64,000 bases of DNA from Chloroflexota bacterium. GTDB lineage: Bacteria > Chloroflexota > Dehalococcoidia > Lucifugimonadales > JADFKI01. This document shows positions 1 to 9,146 of this stretch, piece after piece. The DNA is taken from the NCBI GenBank assembly GCA_027623195.1, contig JAQBUT010000001.1, forward strand, positions 32,001-96,000, in the 5' to 3' direction. The translations under genes were made by a program, and so were the position numbers. Each line of letters starts with the position of its first letter. The stretch's first letter is position 1. The notes beneath the pieces were generated by a model. The model was not told the DNA's origin and ran no database searches. It saw only the letters and a list, made by a program, of their open reading frames with translations.

Positions 1-2
1 AC

Positions 3-548
3 ACACTTGACGAGCTAACGGCTCAGTCCAAGAAATGGATTCAGCCTGTGTTGGATACCCGTGAGATGGTGGAGGCGGCCGGTCTGGCGGTGGAGGTAGT
101 GAGCGTTGGCGGCACGCACAACTACGAGATCGCGGCGACGATGTCTGGCGTTACAGAGGTGCCAGCAGGCAGCTACGCCCTGATGGATTACAGGTACAGC
201 GCTACACGGCCCGGACTTCGCCCTGCAGCCAAGGTGATGGCCACGGTGACGAGTCTGCCAGAGCCGGGCAGGGCAATCCTGGACACGGGAAAGAAGGCCA
301 CTGGAGACGACCTGGGCTTCCCTGCATTGGAGGATTTTCCGAATGTGCAGGTTGCCAGCCTAAGCGCCGAGCACGGCAACATCACATGGGATGAAGGCAA
401 CAACCCAAATTTATCCATTGGTCAGAAGGTTTGGTATACGCCTTTGGAGATCGGCGCTACTGTTAACGTCTACGACTACATACAGGCTGTGCGCAACGGC
501 AAACTGGAGTCGGTGTTGGGCATCTCGGCCCGCGGTCGCTATCGCTAG
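3..548 (+). CDS. DSD1/D-threonine aldolase-like PLP enzyme (alanine racemase fold), 5'-partial
   Basis: Frame open from the window start; VSVGGT...TEVPAGSYALMD and SAEHG motifs; paralog of the next gene. Confidence 0.85.
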   Translation, partial: TLDELTAQSKKWIQPVLDTREMVEAAGLAVEVVSVGGTHNYEIAATMSGVTEVPAGSYALMDYRYSATRPGLRPAAKVMATVTSLPEPGRAILDTGKKATGDDLGFPALEDFPNVQVASLSAEHGNITWDEGNNPNLSIGQKVWYTPLEIGATVNVYDYIQAVRNGKLESVLGISARGRYR

Positions 549-625
549 GCCCAACGAACTCATTCGATAAGCCATCAACCAAGAATCGACTTAAACTATG
601 CCAATCCGCACGAAGGACAAAAAAT

Positions 626-1726
626 ATGGATAACTATAGGCCCCTGATGGGAACCGGTATCGCAGATCTGGATACGCCGTGTTTGATGGTGGACCTGGAC
701 TCGCTAGAGCACAACTATGACCTAATAGCTAGGACTTACAGCGACACCGAGTGCAAGATGCGGACCCACACGAAGAACTTGAAAAGCCCATTGCTGGCCC
801 ACATGCAGATCCGGGCAGGCGGTACTGTCGGCGGCGTATGCACCGCTAAGGTCTCCGAGGCTGAGGTCATGGTGGAGGGCGGCATTGACGACATTCTCAT
901 TCCCAACCAGGTCGTGACCAGGGACAAGATTGTCCGGCTGTGCACTTTGGCCAAACGAGCCAAGATGATGGTGGCCGCCGACAACGCCGACAACATCCGG
1001 GAGATATCAGAGATAGCCCAGGAGCACGGTGTGAAGATAGGTATCGTCGTCGAGGTGGACACGCAGATGCACCGCGCCGGCATACGCAACACTCAGACCG
1101 GCGTAGACCTGGCTCGCGTGGCCACGGATGCCCCCGGCATCGACTTTCGCGGGGTGATGTGCCACCAGGCGGCCCAAGGCTCCCCGGACCGGGAGACGCG
1201 ATTCATCGAAGGACGTCGGCTTATTCAAACGGCGCTGGACGTTAGGGACGCCATAGTTGCCGACGGCATGCCTGTGGAGGTCGTTTCTGCGGGCGAGACA
1301 TGGACCTACGACCTGTGTGCAACCATGCCAGGAGTCACCGAGGTCGAGGGCGGGACGTATGCGCTGATGTCGCACGGCTACGGCTACATGGAGGACTTCG
1401 AGTACGCAGCCACGATACTCGGCACGGTCATTAGCACCCCAAGGCCCGGCGTCGCCATCGGGGACACAGGGTCGCGATGCCTGGGCTCACCCGGCGGCGT
1501 GCTACCCCAGTTGGTTGGCATTTCCAACGTAGGCGTGGACTCGCTGCAGGAGGAGCATATCGTCCTGCGCTCTGAGGGAGACATGCCGCTCAAGGTCGGC
1601 GACAAGTACCAGTTGATCTCAGGTCAGCAGGACATTATGGTCAACCGCTGGGACCAGTACATCGCCATGCGCAATAGCTCGGTGGAGGCCGTGTGGGATA
1701 TACCTGGTAGAGGTTGCCACAACTAA
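626..1726 (+). CDS. DSD1/D-threonine aldolase-like PLP-dependent enzyme
   Basis: LDTPCLMVD, RTHTKNLK (PLP Lys), CTAKVSEAEVM, VEVDTQMHRAG motifs. Confidence 0.88.
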   Translation: MDNYRPLMGTGIADLDTPCLMVDLDSLEHNYDLIARTYSDTECKMRTHTKNLKSPLLAHMQIRAGGTVGGVCTAKVSEAEVMVEGGIDDILIPNQVVTRDKIVRLCTLAKRAKMMVAADNADNIREISEIAQEHGVKIGIVVEVDTQMHRAGIRNTQTGVDLARVATDAPGIDFRGVMCHQAAQGSPDRETRFIEGRRLIQTALDVRDAIVADGMPVEVVSAGETWTYDLCATMPGVTEVEGGTYALMSHGYGYMEDFEYAATILGTVISTPRPGVAIGDTGSRCLGSPGGVLPQLVGISNVGVDSLQEEHIVLRSEGDMPLKVGDKYQLISGQQDIMVNRWDQYIAMRNSSVEAVWDIPGRGCHN

Positions 1727-1767
1727 TTCGGATTGCGGTTAATCTCATAACTCGATATGCAGAAATT

Positions 1768-1807
1768 AAAAGAAAAGGGCAGGCCAATTGGTCTGCCCTT
1801 TTCTTTT
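1768..1807. terminator. Bidirectional intrinsic terminator
   Basis: AAAAGAAAAGGGCAG..CTGCCCTTTTCTTTT inverted repeat between convergent genes. Confidence 0.85.
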
Positions 1808-1823
1808 TGGATAATGTTGAAGC

Positions 1824-2573
1824 CTAATGAAAGTACTTGCCCGAGTCGATGACCAACACCTGTCCGGTGATGCTATCAGTACGGCAGAACTCCACCACCT
1901 GACGGGCGATATCGTCCTTGTCCGCGCCTCTCTTGAGTAGCGATGCCACCCTGGAAACGGCCTGGTATTCCGGGTCCAGGTTCGAGGTGGCCCTGGTGCC
2001 GTCCAGATAACCTGGGGCAATGCAGTTGACAAGAACCTCTGGCGCAAGGGCGACGGCCATGCACTTCGTCAGATGGTTGAGGCCTGCCTTGGACACGGCA
2101 TAGGGTATGGAAGAGCCTGTAGGGCTCAGGCCTGCGATGGACGATATGTTGACGATTCGCCCAGACCCCTGTTGCTTCATGGCAGGAGCTACGGCTTTAG
2201 AGGCAAGCATCGGCCCCGTAAGGTTGATCGTGAGAATCTTGTTCCACTCCTCCAGTGTCATCGCGTCCAGGTCGTCAAAGGGGATCCACTTGTTGTAGGC
2301 CGCGTCGTTTATCAGGATGTCGATGCGCCCAAATCGCTCCAGGACCTGCGGTACCAGTGCCCCTACCGACGCAGGGTCGGAAACGTCGCAATGCATGGCC
2401 TCGGATTCGACTCCAGCCTCTTGCAGCTTGTTCGCGACCTCTTCGGCCTGGTCTTTGCTCTGGGCGTAGACCACGGCAACATTGCTACCCGCCTCCGCCA
2501 GCGCGTGACAAATTCTCTGACCTAAGCCTCCGTTACCGCCTGTAACGATTGAGACTGTTCCTTTTAATTCCAT
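1824..2573 (-). CDS. SDR family oxidoreductase (FabG-like)
   Basis: TGGNGGLG, NDAA, YAVSK motifs; start moved to MELKG after an RBS-like AAGGGGG. Confidence 0.92.
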   Translation of the reverse strand: MELKGTVSIVTGGNGGLGQRICHALAEAGSNVAVVYAQSKDQAEEVANKLQEAGVESEAMHCDVSDPASVGALVPQVLERFGRIDILINDAAYNKWIPFDDLDAMTLEEWNKILTINLTGPMLASKAVAPAMKQQGSGRIVNISSIAGLSPTGSSIPYAVSKAGLNHLTKCMAVALAPEVLVNCIAPGYLDGTRATSNLDPEYQAVSRVASLLKRGADKDDIARQVVEFCRTDSITGQVLVIDSGKYFH

Positions 2574-2706
2574 CAGTGCCCCCTTTACGTTTTTGAGACA
2601 TACACAATGATAAACGATGCGACCGCGAAACAATGGTTCGCTCTGAGATAGTATATTGATGAAGATCCAAATCAAGCCCAAGCATGCGCAAGGGAATATA
2701 TGAAGT

Positions 2707-3321
2707 ATGACCTTCAGCAAATGGCTGTTTGCCACCTGGTACGACCTCCTGAACGCCGGCGTGGAAGGCCGCGTCATCCCATACCGCAAGGAGACTGCGG
2801 GTAAGACATGGGGTGACGTTCTGGAGATCGGCGGAGGCACAGGCGCCAACATACCTTACTATCCTGACGACACCCAGCTGACTTTCATCGAGCCTGACGG
2901 ATACATGGTGAAGAAGCTGACGCGCACGGCATCGAAAATTGGCCGAGAGGTGCGGATAGTGCAAGAAGCAGGCGAGAAATTGCCCTTCGACGACGGCAGC
3001 TTCGACTGCGTTGTGACGACGCTGGTACTGTGCATGGTCCGCGACCACGATAGCGTCGTGCGAGAGGCCAGGCGTGTGCTTAAACCGGGCGGGGCATTCT
3101 TCTTCTACGAGCACGTCGTTTCTCCGCGACGTACGGGGCACTGGTGGCAGAACAAGCTTAACCCCACTTGGAAATTCCTGACCACCGGCTGCAACCTCAA
3201 CCGCGACCTGACGGCGACCATTCACAATGCTGGATTCAGCCAGGTGGAGATGCAAAGCTTCGATCTCTCGGTGGGGCTCCCGATTACCATACCCAACATC
3301 GTGGGCGTCGCCAGGGTATAA
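2707..3321 (+). CDS. Class I SAM-dependent methyltransferase
   Basis: VLEIGGGTG, LPFDDGSFD, RVLKPGG motifs. Confidence 0.9.
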   Translation: MTFSKWLFATWYDLLNAGVEGRVIPYRKETAGKTWGDVLEIGGGTGANIPYYPDDTQLTFIEPDGYMVKKLTRTASKIGREVRIVQEAGEKLPFDDGSFDCVVTTLVLCMVRDHDSVVREARRVLKPGGAFFFYEHVVSPRRTGHWWQNKLNPTWKFLTTGCNLNRDLTATIHNAGFSQVEMQSFDLSVGLPITIPNIVGVARV

Positions 3322-3370
3322 TCAGGCCGCTTGCTCCACGGCGGGCGAACCTACGGAATAGGAGCCACCA

Positions 3371-3793
3371 ATGGACTTCGAAGACGTCCGGCCATTTATG
3401 GAATCGCACCACCGGGGTGTCATCGGTACACGCCGGGCCAACGGGGCCACCCATTCGAGCATAGTGGCGTGCGGCGCGTTTCAGGGCAAAGCTGCATTTG
3501 TATCGGTCTACCCCAGATCGGTGAAGATCAGGAATATCCGACGCGACCCTACGTGCACCATCCTTTGCGTCGACGACAACTGGCGCAGCTACGCAGTGGT
3601 GGAGGGGCAGGCCCAGCTATTCGACTACAGCAACACCGATGCTGCGGAGATACGCCAGATGCTGCGAGACGTGTATAGGGCATGCAGCGCTACGGAACAT
3701 CCAAACTGGAACGAGTTCGACCAGGCCATGATCGACCAAAAAGCGGTGGTGGTCCTGGTGCCACCGGAGCAGGTGTACGGCATGCTAAGGTGA
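3371..3793 (+). CDS. PPOX-class (probable F420-dependent) split-barrel oxidoreductase
   Basis: GTRRANG..H, K.RNIRRDP, YAVVEGQA pattern; RBS AGGAG. Confidence 0.8.
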   Translation: MDFEDVRPFMESHHRGVIGTRRANGATHSSIVACGAFQGKAAFVSVYPRSVKIRNIRRDPTCTILCVDDNWRSYAVVEGQAQLFDYSNTDAAEIRQMLRDVYRACSATEHPNWNEFDQAMIDQKAVVVLVPPEQVYGMLR

Positions 3794-3856
3794 CATTTTG
3801 ATTGGTCATGACACCAGTCTAGGATGCGAAATGACAACGCCCGTTACGGAGAGAAG

Positions 3857-4210
3857 ATGGCCGACCTTATAAGCTTTGACATAGACGGTACGCTGGAGTT
3901 CGGGGACCCGCGCGGCAGCATAACCATGGATATGGTCCGCAAGGTGCAGGCCTTGGGCATCTGGGTCGGCAGTTGCTCGGACAGGCCCGTCGGTTACCAG
4001 CAGCAGTTGTGGGACAGGCACGAAATGAACGTGGACTTCACTGTGGTGAAGAACAGGTTGGATGACGTGAAGGCAGAATTCCAGGCCGACAGTTTCCTTC
4101 ACATCGGAGACACGGACATGGACGAGTACTTCGCAGGGAAGTCAGGATTCCAGTTCCTGCTCGTAGACTCCTTACCGTTCCTAAGCTGGACGGAGCAGTT
4201 GTCGCTTTAG
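3857..4210 (+). CDS. Small HAD-family hydrolase
   Basis: SFDIDGTL and HIGDTDMD motifs. Confidence 0.8.
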   Translation: MADLISFDIDGTLEFGDPRGSITMDMVRKVQALGIWVGSCSDRPVGYQQQLWDRHEMNVDFTVVKNRLDDVKAEFQADSFLHIGDTDMDEYFAGKSGFQFLLVDSLPFLSWTEQLSL

Positions 4211-4214
4211 GCCA

Positions 4215-4631
4215 TTACGCCGGCCTGAACTTCACCAGCGTTACGTCAGCCGTAACGTCATCAAAGACCGCAGTCACTGGCATATCCACATGCACGTCCG
4301 CGATGGGGCAGTCCACCACGTTGGAGATCATACGGGGCCCTTCATCCAGTTGGATGATTGCGTAAATATACGGCACATCCTTCATAAACGCGCGGTTCAC
4401 CGACTGCTCAATGACCGTGAACGAATACACCCGGCCTACGCCTCCGGATTCCGACCACGACAGGTCCGCAGAAAGACATTTAGGGCACCTCTCTCTGGGA
4501 TAAAAGAATGTCGTCGAACAGCCATTGCACCGGGGCAACACCAATTTATGGCGCTTCGCAGCATCCCAGAAGGGTTGCGTAAATTCGGCATTGGCAGCCA
4601 CAGGTAACGGCTTCGTGTATTCGGAAGTCAT
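4215..4631 (-). CDS. DUF35 Zn-ribbon/OB-fold protein (thiolase partner)
   Basis: PFWDAA, CNGC..YPRERCPKC, GRVYSFT, PY..AIIQLDEGPRM. Confidence 0.92.
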   Translation of the reverse strand: MTSEYTKPLPVAANAEFTQPFWDAAKRHKLVLPRCNGCSTTFFYPRERCPKCLSADLSWSESGGVGRVYSFTVIEQSVNRAFMKDVPYIYAIIQLDEGPRMISNVVDCPIADVHVDMPVTAVFDDVTADVTLVKFRPA

Positions 4632-4667
4632 TGCTTTGACCTTTAAGTTCTGAACGTCTTGCCTTGG

Positions 4668-5822
4668 TTAGAGTGAGTTCTCGGACCCGAGAACCAGCGA
4701 GCACATCTCGCTCGCCGTGCCGCCTCAACCATTCACCATGCATAAGTCGTTTTTAGGCACCTGCCGTCCGCCGGCCTTGCCCATGATCTGTCGAGCGCCT
4801 TCCACGACGTGACGGAACCCGCCTGCCAGTCCGGGCTGACCGCCGGAAAGCTGGCCGCCGTCAGTATTAACCGGAAAGGTCCCCTTGTATGTTGTATCGG
4901 TCGATTCGAAAAACGGACCAATCTCGCCCTTCTTAACGAACCCTGCATCTTCGAGGCACACGGCCACGAGAATGGTGTATCAGTCGTAGAATTCGGCAAA
5001 CTCTATGTCTGGGGGCGTGTAGCCTGACATCTCGAAGGCCCGGGCCGCTGATCCCGAAACCGGCGTGACGGTTATGTCGTCGCGCTGCCATATATTAGCC
5101 TCCGCCTGCTCCATTCCAACGCCCAAAACGTAAGCGGGCTTGTTTGGCAAAGACTTTGCCCTCTCAGGTGTCGTAATGATAAGCGCGGCCGCTCCGTCGC
5201 ATGGCATGACCGACTCCAAAAGCTTTAAAGGTCGATTGATGTACCGAGAGTCCAGCACGTCATCCACTGTAATGGTCTGCCCAAAGAAAACAGCATTTTC
5301 GTTAGTCAGGGCATTAAAGCGCTGGTTCACAGCCAGTTTGGCCATCTGCTCCTCGGTGGTGCCGTACTCGTGCATGTGCCGCTGGTACATCAGGCCATAG
5401 CCTGTGTTTGCCCCCGGCGCCATGCCGTACGGCTCCTCCCATTCCGAGCGCACGCCCGGCGCAGGAGTGCCCATACTGGCCCTGTATTCTCGAGAGTTGC
5501 CCATCACCACCAGAACGGTGTCGCACAGGCCGCCATTAATGGCCAGCGTAGCCGCTACGGTAGCAGTTGCCCCGCTGGCCCCTTGCATGGAAACGCCAGT
5601 TGCGAATCTCGGCTTGATGTCCAGGTATTCGGCCATAGCAGCCGGAGTCCCGTAGCCACCGTCGGTCACCAAGCCATTGATGTCGGCCTTGGTCAGCCCG
5701 GCATCCTCGATAGCCAGTTGGGCCGCCTCAGCACAAAGGCCGTACATAGTTCTGTCGGGCCGCACCCGTTTGGTTGGCACTTCGCCAATGCCGACTATTG
5801 CAGCTTTACCGCGCACTGTCAT
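4668..5822 (-). CDS. Thiolase-family (SCP2/Ltp2-like) protein, 384 aa if two in-frame TGA codons (4980-4982, 4725-4727) are read through; candidate selenoprotein
   Basis: ORFs 4980-5822 and 4725-4967 share one frame; it reads AEFYD*YTILVAVCLED...NTDGGQLSGG...CMVNG*GGTASEMCSLVLGSENSL then TAA. Confidence 0.8.
4695..4717 (-). promoter_or_regulatory. SECIS-like hairpin after the second in-frame TGA
   Basis: CGGCGAGC-[GAGATGT]-GCTCGCTG; loop starts 15 nt after the TGA and begins with G (folded by eye). Confidence 0.55.
4946..4974 (-). promoter_or_regulatory. SECIS-like hairpin after the first in-frame TGA
   Basis: CATTCTCG-T-GGC-[CGTGT]-GCC-T-CGAAGATG; loop starts 17 nt after the TGA, with G at loop position 2 (folded by eye). 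Confidence 0.55.
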
Positions 5823-5995
5823 AGTTTTGCTCTCTTATTGGATTTCAGGGGTAATTTCATGGGCGTCTTTGACATATGGCGCATTTTACTAAAATGGACG
5901 CTGATTTCAAGCCAGGGGCAACCAGGGGCCAAGGATTTCCGGGCTATGTTATCCTGTAGGCCATTCAAAAGGCCTACAAACAGGAGATTGTCACC

Positions 5996-7156
5996 ATGAG
6001 CTTCTTCCCACTAACCCAGGAGCAACAGGACTGGAAAGACCGTGCCGCCGCGATTGCAGACAAGGAGCTTGCGCCTCGCGCAGAGCAGACCGACAGAGAA
6101 CGCAAGTACCCCAGAGAATCGCTGGACGCACTAAGGGACGCCGGGTTCTGGGCGTTGCGAGTGGATAAACAGTACGGAGGCCAGGGGGCCGACCTTTTGA
6201 GCACGGTGCTGGTCGTGGAAGAGCTAGCCAAGCGGTGCCCGTCCACAGCCATGTGCTACAAGATGCACCTTGAGGCGTCAGAGGTAATCAACCGCATGCC
6301 GACGGATTACCAGGTGGAGAACTTCGTGAAGCCCATGGCCAGGGGCGAGGTCTTCACCACCGTGGCAGGCTCAGAGACCTGGAGAGACGGCGACAACTGG
6401 ACCACCAGCCGAGAGTTCTCGGTCGCCAATAAAGTACCGGGCGGCTACAAGCTTAACAACGTACGCAAGTCCTACGTCACGTCATCGGAGCACGCCACTC
6501 ATTACTTCTTCCTGTGCCGCATGAGCGAAGAGGCTACCGCTGACCAGACTAGCCTTCTATTCGTGGAGCGCGACAAGATCGAGTGGGAGCTTCTAGAGGA
6601 ATGGAACGGCCTGGGACTACGAGGTAACGCCAGCTCCCCCATGCGCTTCAACGGGGTTGTGCCGGAAGAGAACAGAATTGGCGGCGAGAACACTGGTATG
6701 GCTGAGGCCGGTGGCGTATTCGTGCCGGTGCTCGGCCTGACCTACGCGGCCGCCTATCTGGGCACGGGCTCAGGCGCATTCGACCTAGCTAAACTGGAGG
6801 GCGACCGCAGATTTGCCAGCGGCTCCCGACGCATGGACGCGCCGGTGAATCAGCGACGCATGGCAGAGCTATCAGTTCAGATCGAAGCCGCCCAGACCAT
6901 GCTGCACGCCGCAGCCGCTACGTTCGACGCGGGCAAACTGGGATCGCCGCTGCCCATAATGCAGGCCAAGGTGCTCTGCTCTGAGACGGCGGTGAACGTA
7001 ACGCAGGAACTCATGACCATGTTCGGCGGCACGGCCTTCGCAGGACGCATGCCCATGGAGCGGTACTTCCGCGACGCCCGCGCAGGCATGATTATGGCGC
7101 TGCCAAACGACGGGACCTACGACACCATCTCGAACCTGCTGTTCCCAGCGAAGTAA
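5996..7156 (+). CDS. Acyl-CoA dehydrogenase family protein
   Basis: YGGQG, EELAK, W.GLGLRGNAS, FGG...MERYFRDAR motifs. Confidence 0.92.
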   Translation: MSFFPLTQEQQDWKDRAAAIADKELAPRAEQTDRERKYPRESLDALRDAGFWALRVDKQYGGQGADLLSTVLVVEELAKRCPSTAMCYKMHLEASEVINRMPTDYQVENFVKPMARGEVFTTVAGSETWRDGDNWTTSREFSVANKVPGGYKLNNVRKSYVTSSEHATHYFFLCRMSEEATADQTSLLFVERDKIEWELLEEWNGLGLRGNASSPMRFNGVVPEENRIGGENTGMAEAGGVFVPVLGLTYAAAYLGTGSGAFDLAKLEGDRRFASGSRRMDAPVNQRRMAELSVQIEAAQTMLHAAAATFDAGKLGSPLPIMQAKVLCSETAVNVTQELMTMFGGTAFAGRMPMERYFRDARAGMIMALPNDGTYDTISNLLFPAK

Positions 7157-7259
7157 GAGTGCGCGGGAAAGGGAGATCTTCCCGCAACTCGTTTCCACGT
7201 AAGACACAGATAAGCGAACCCCTCTCAGTGTGCAAAAAGGGGTTCAGAAATTACATGTC

Positions 7260-8297
7260 TCAATGAGCCTTGAGGATCGACTTGAACGATTGGGCCGTGA
7301 ACTCCAACCACCGGGACGCATCTGTGCGGTGGTCATCTTGGCGCTCATCTGTCTTTCCAAATACCCACATGGCATTTGACAGTTGCCGGGCAGCTATAAA
7401 TATGTCCAGATATTCCAACTGTTCCACTGGAATGGGTCGATGCCTGGTGTAGCCACGAAATAGGTCGTCGACCAGGGTAGGGTGGCCGTTCTGCAAAAGG
7501 CAAACGGCTATGTCGTAAATCTTGTGGCCAAAAGCGCTGTCGTCAAAGTCAATTACCCTGGTCTCATTGGCTGAAAACAGGATATTCCCCGTGTGAAGGT
7601 CCGCGTGAATCAGCCCGAAAACATCCGGCCCGAACCCTAATTCTTCCATGGCCTGCCGGACCCTCTCTCCCATATCGTGGAAAAGTCGGGCGTAGGGCGA
7701 GGGAAGCGAAGACCATGTTTCCTGCGGACTCACGACGAATCCCGCACTATCCCCCAAAAGTCCATCCCAGTCCAGTCGGCGTCTGGTGAACGCAGGGGAG
7801 GGCGACCAGCCTTCCGCGTGGCTATGCAATTGCCCCATGACCTCTCCAATGGCCGTCAGGTGGGTGGGACTGGTTTTCTGGTACGCCCTGCCATTCATCC
7901 AGCGCAACAATGAACAAACGCGCGGCTCTGGAACATCCGGCGATGACGCGGTGGTCATAAGGTCACCCGACAAGGTGGGTACTGGCTCCGGAACGGCCAA
8001 ATCAATGTCACGACGCAATGCATCCAGCCATTCCAGCTCTGAGGCGATGGAAGCGGCAGACTGATAGCCGGGCCCGTGAAGCTTCAGCAGATACCGCCCC
8101 TGCACGAACCGACCTGCCTCAGCCTTGCCACCGGATCGGTCATTCACGCTTACCCGAAACGTTGCGTTCTCGTGAGACTTGATTAGCCTTACGCTCGCGC
8201 CCTTCAGTCCGTACGACTTCAGTGCTGTCTTGGCCAGAGTGTGCAGGCGTCGCACCTTACCGGTGTGAGTCAGGTTCTCAAAAGGTACTCTGGCCAA
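7260..8297 (-). CDS. Phosphotransferase (APH / type II homoserine kinase-like)
   Basis: HENATFRV, LIHADLHTGNIL, VIDFDD motifs. Confidence 0.88.
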   Translation of the reverse strand: MARVPFENLTHTGKVRRLHTLAKTALKSYGLKGASVRLIKSHENATFRVSVNDRSGGKAEAGRFVQGRYLLKLHGPGYQSAASIASELEWLDALRRDIDLAVPEPVPTLSGDLMTTASSPDVPEPRVCSLLRWMNGRAYQKTSPTHLTAIGEVMGQLHSHAEGWSPSPAFTRRRLDWDGLLGDSAGFVVSPQETWSSLPSPYARLFHDMGERVRQAMEELGFGPDVFGLIHADLHTGNILFSANETRVIDFDDSAFGHKIYDIAVCLLQNGHPTLVDDLFRGYTRHRPIPVEQLEYLDIFIAARQLSNAMWVFGKTDERQDDHRTDASRWLEFTAQSFKSILKAH

Positions 8298-8455
8298 ATT
8301 TCACACCACCGCCTTTGTCCGGATATCAGAATTTCTCCCGTCATTCGCCAAGAAAGGCTTCTGATGCGGGGACCAACGACCCGAACGGGTCACTATTTCA
8401 CATCACACAGGCCCAATTTGCCGTCCATCTTGCTCACGGACGCGTCACATTGCCG

Positions 8456-9034
8456 CTAAGGCTTAACCCACGTCTCCGACCATGCAAGACAAGAGGTACT
8501 GCTCTGCTTGTCGCCGCGCATTTCGGATCGGGTCACGCCCTTGGCTACCATACCGTTGAGCGTCATCTGCGCCTTGCGAGCCGGGATGAAGCAGCTGTAA
8601 ACACCATGAGGCCTGCCTTCCACTGTGCCTGCTGCGGCGGTGAGCATGTACGGTTCATAGAAGTCATACCAGGAGAGAGCGATAGACTCCTCCTCTGACT
8701 CCACTGTCTCCGTCCAGAAAGAGCGATGGTCGCCTGAATGGTTAAAGACGGCATCAGTCACCGGCACATCGTCGTCGGCGAACTCCGGATAGAGGTGAGT
8801 CTCGATCTCGCCCTGTAGCCAACGGGCCAAAGCAATATTATCGGAGTAAATGCGCACCTCGTCGTTGGTGAGATCGCTCTTCAGGTACAGGACATGTCCA
8901 GCCCCTGCGGGGCTCAAAAGTATGCGCCAGTGGCTTGAACGGGTCAACTGAGGTCCGTCCTGGCCATCGTGCAACCGTATAAATGAGTTCTCTCCGGTGA
9001 GCACGACTCTATTGGGATCAGTGGGATTTACCAT
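8456..9034 (-). CDS. Hypothetical protein
   Basis: 192-aa ORF with RBS GAGGAG and host-like codon use; no family recognised. Confidence 0.75.
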   Translation of the reverse strand: MVNPTDPNRVVLTGENSFIRLHDGQDGPQLTRSSHWRILLSPAGAGHVLYLKSDLTNDEVRIYSDNIALARWLQGEIETHLYPEFADDDVPVTDAVFNHSGDHRSFWTETVESEEESIALSWYDFYEPYMLTAAAGTVEGRPHGVYSCFIPARKAQMTLNGMVAKGVTRSEMRGDKQSSTSCLAWSETWVKP

Positions 9035-9146
9035 TTTAATCTCCTCGCTTCATTTGGGTTCAAGTGGCTCTGGCTGTCTTGTGTTGTATCATCTTAGCAG
9101 CGCACCAACGGCGAAGCCACCAGACATATTCCCGGAGGAAATCAAG

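Noticed and set aside
4725..4967. Stand-alone 80-aa ORF, or the thiolase treated as a simple pseudogene
   Set aside because: It is the in-frame continuation of the thiolase. Both breaks are TGA at active-site loops with no frameshift, so recoding fits better, although decay is not formally excluded.
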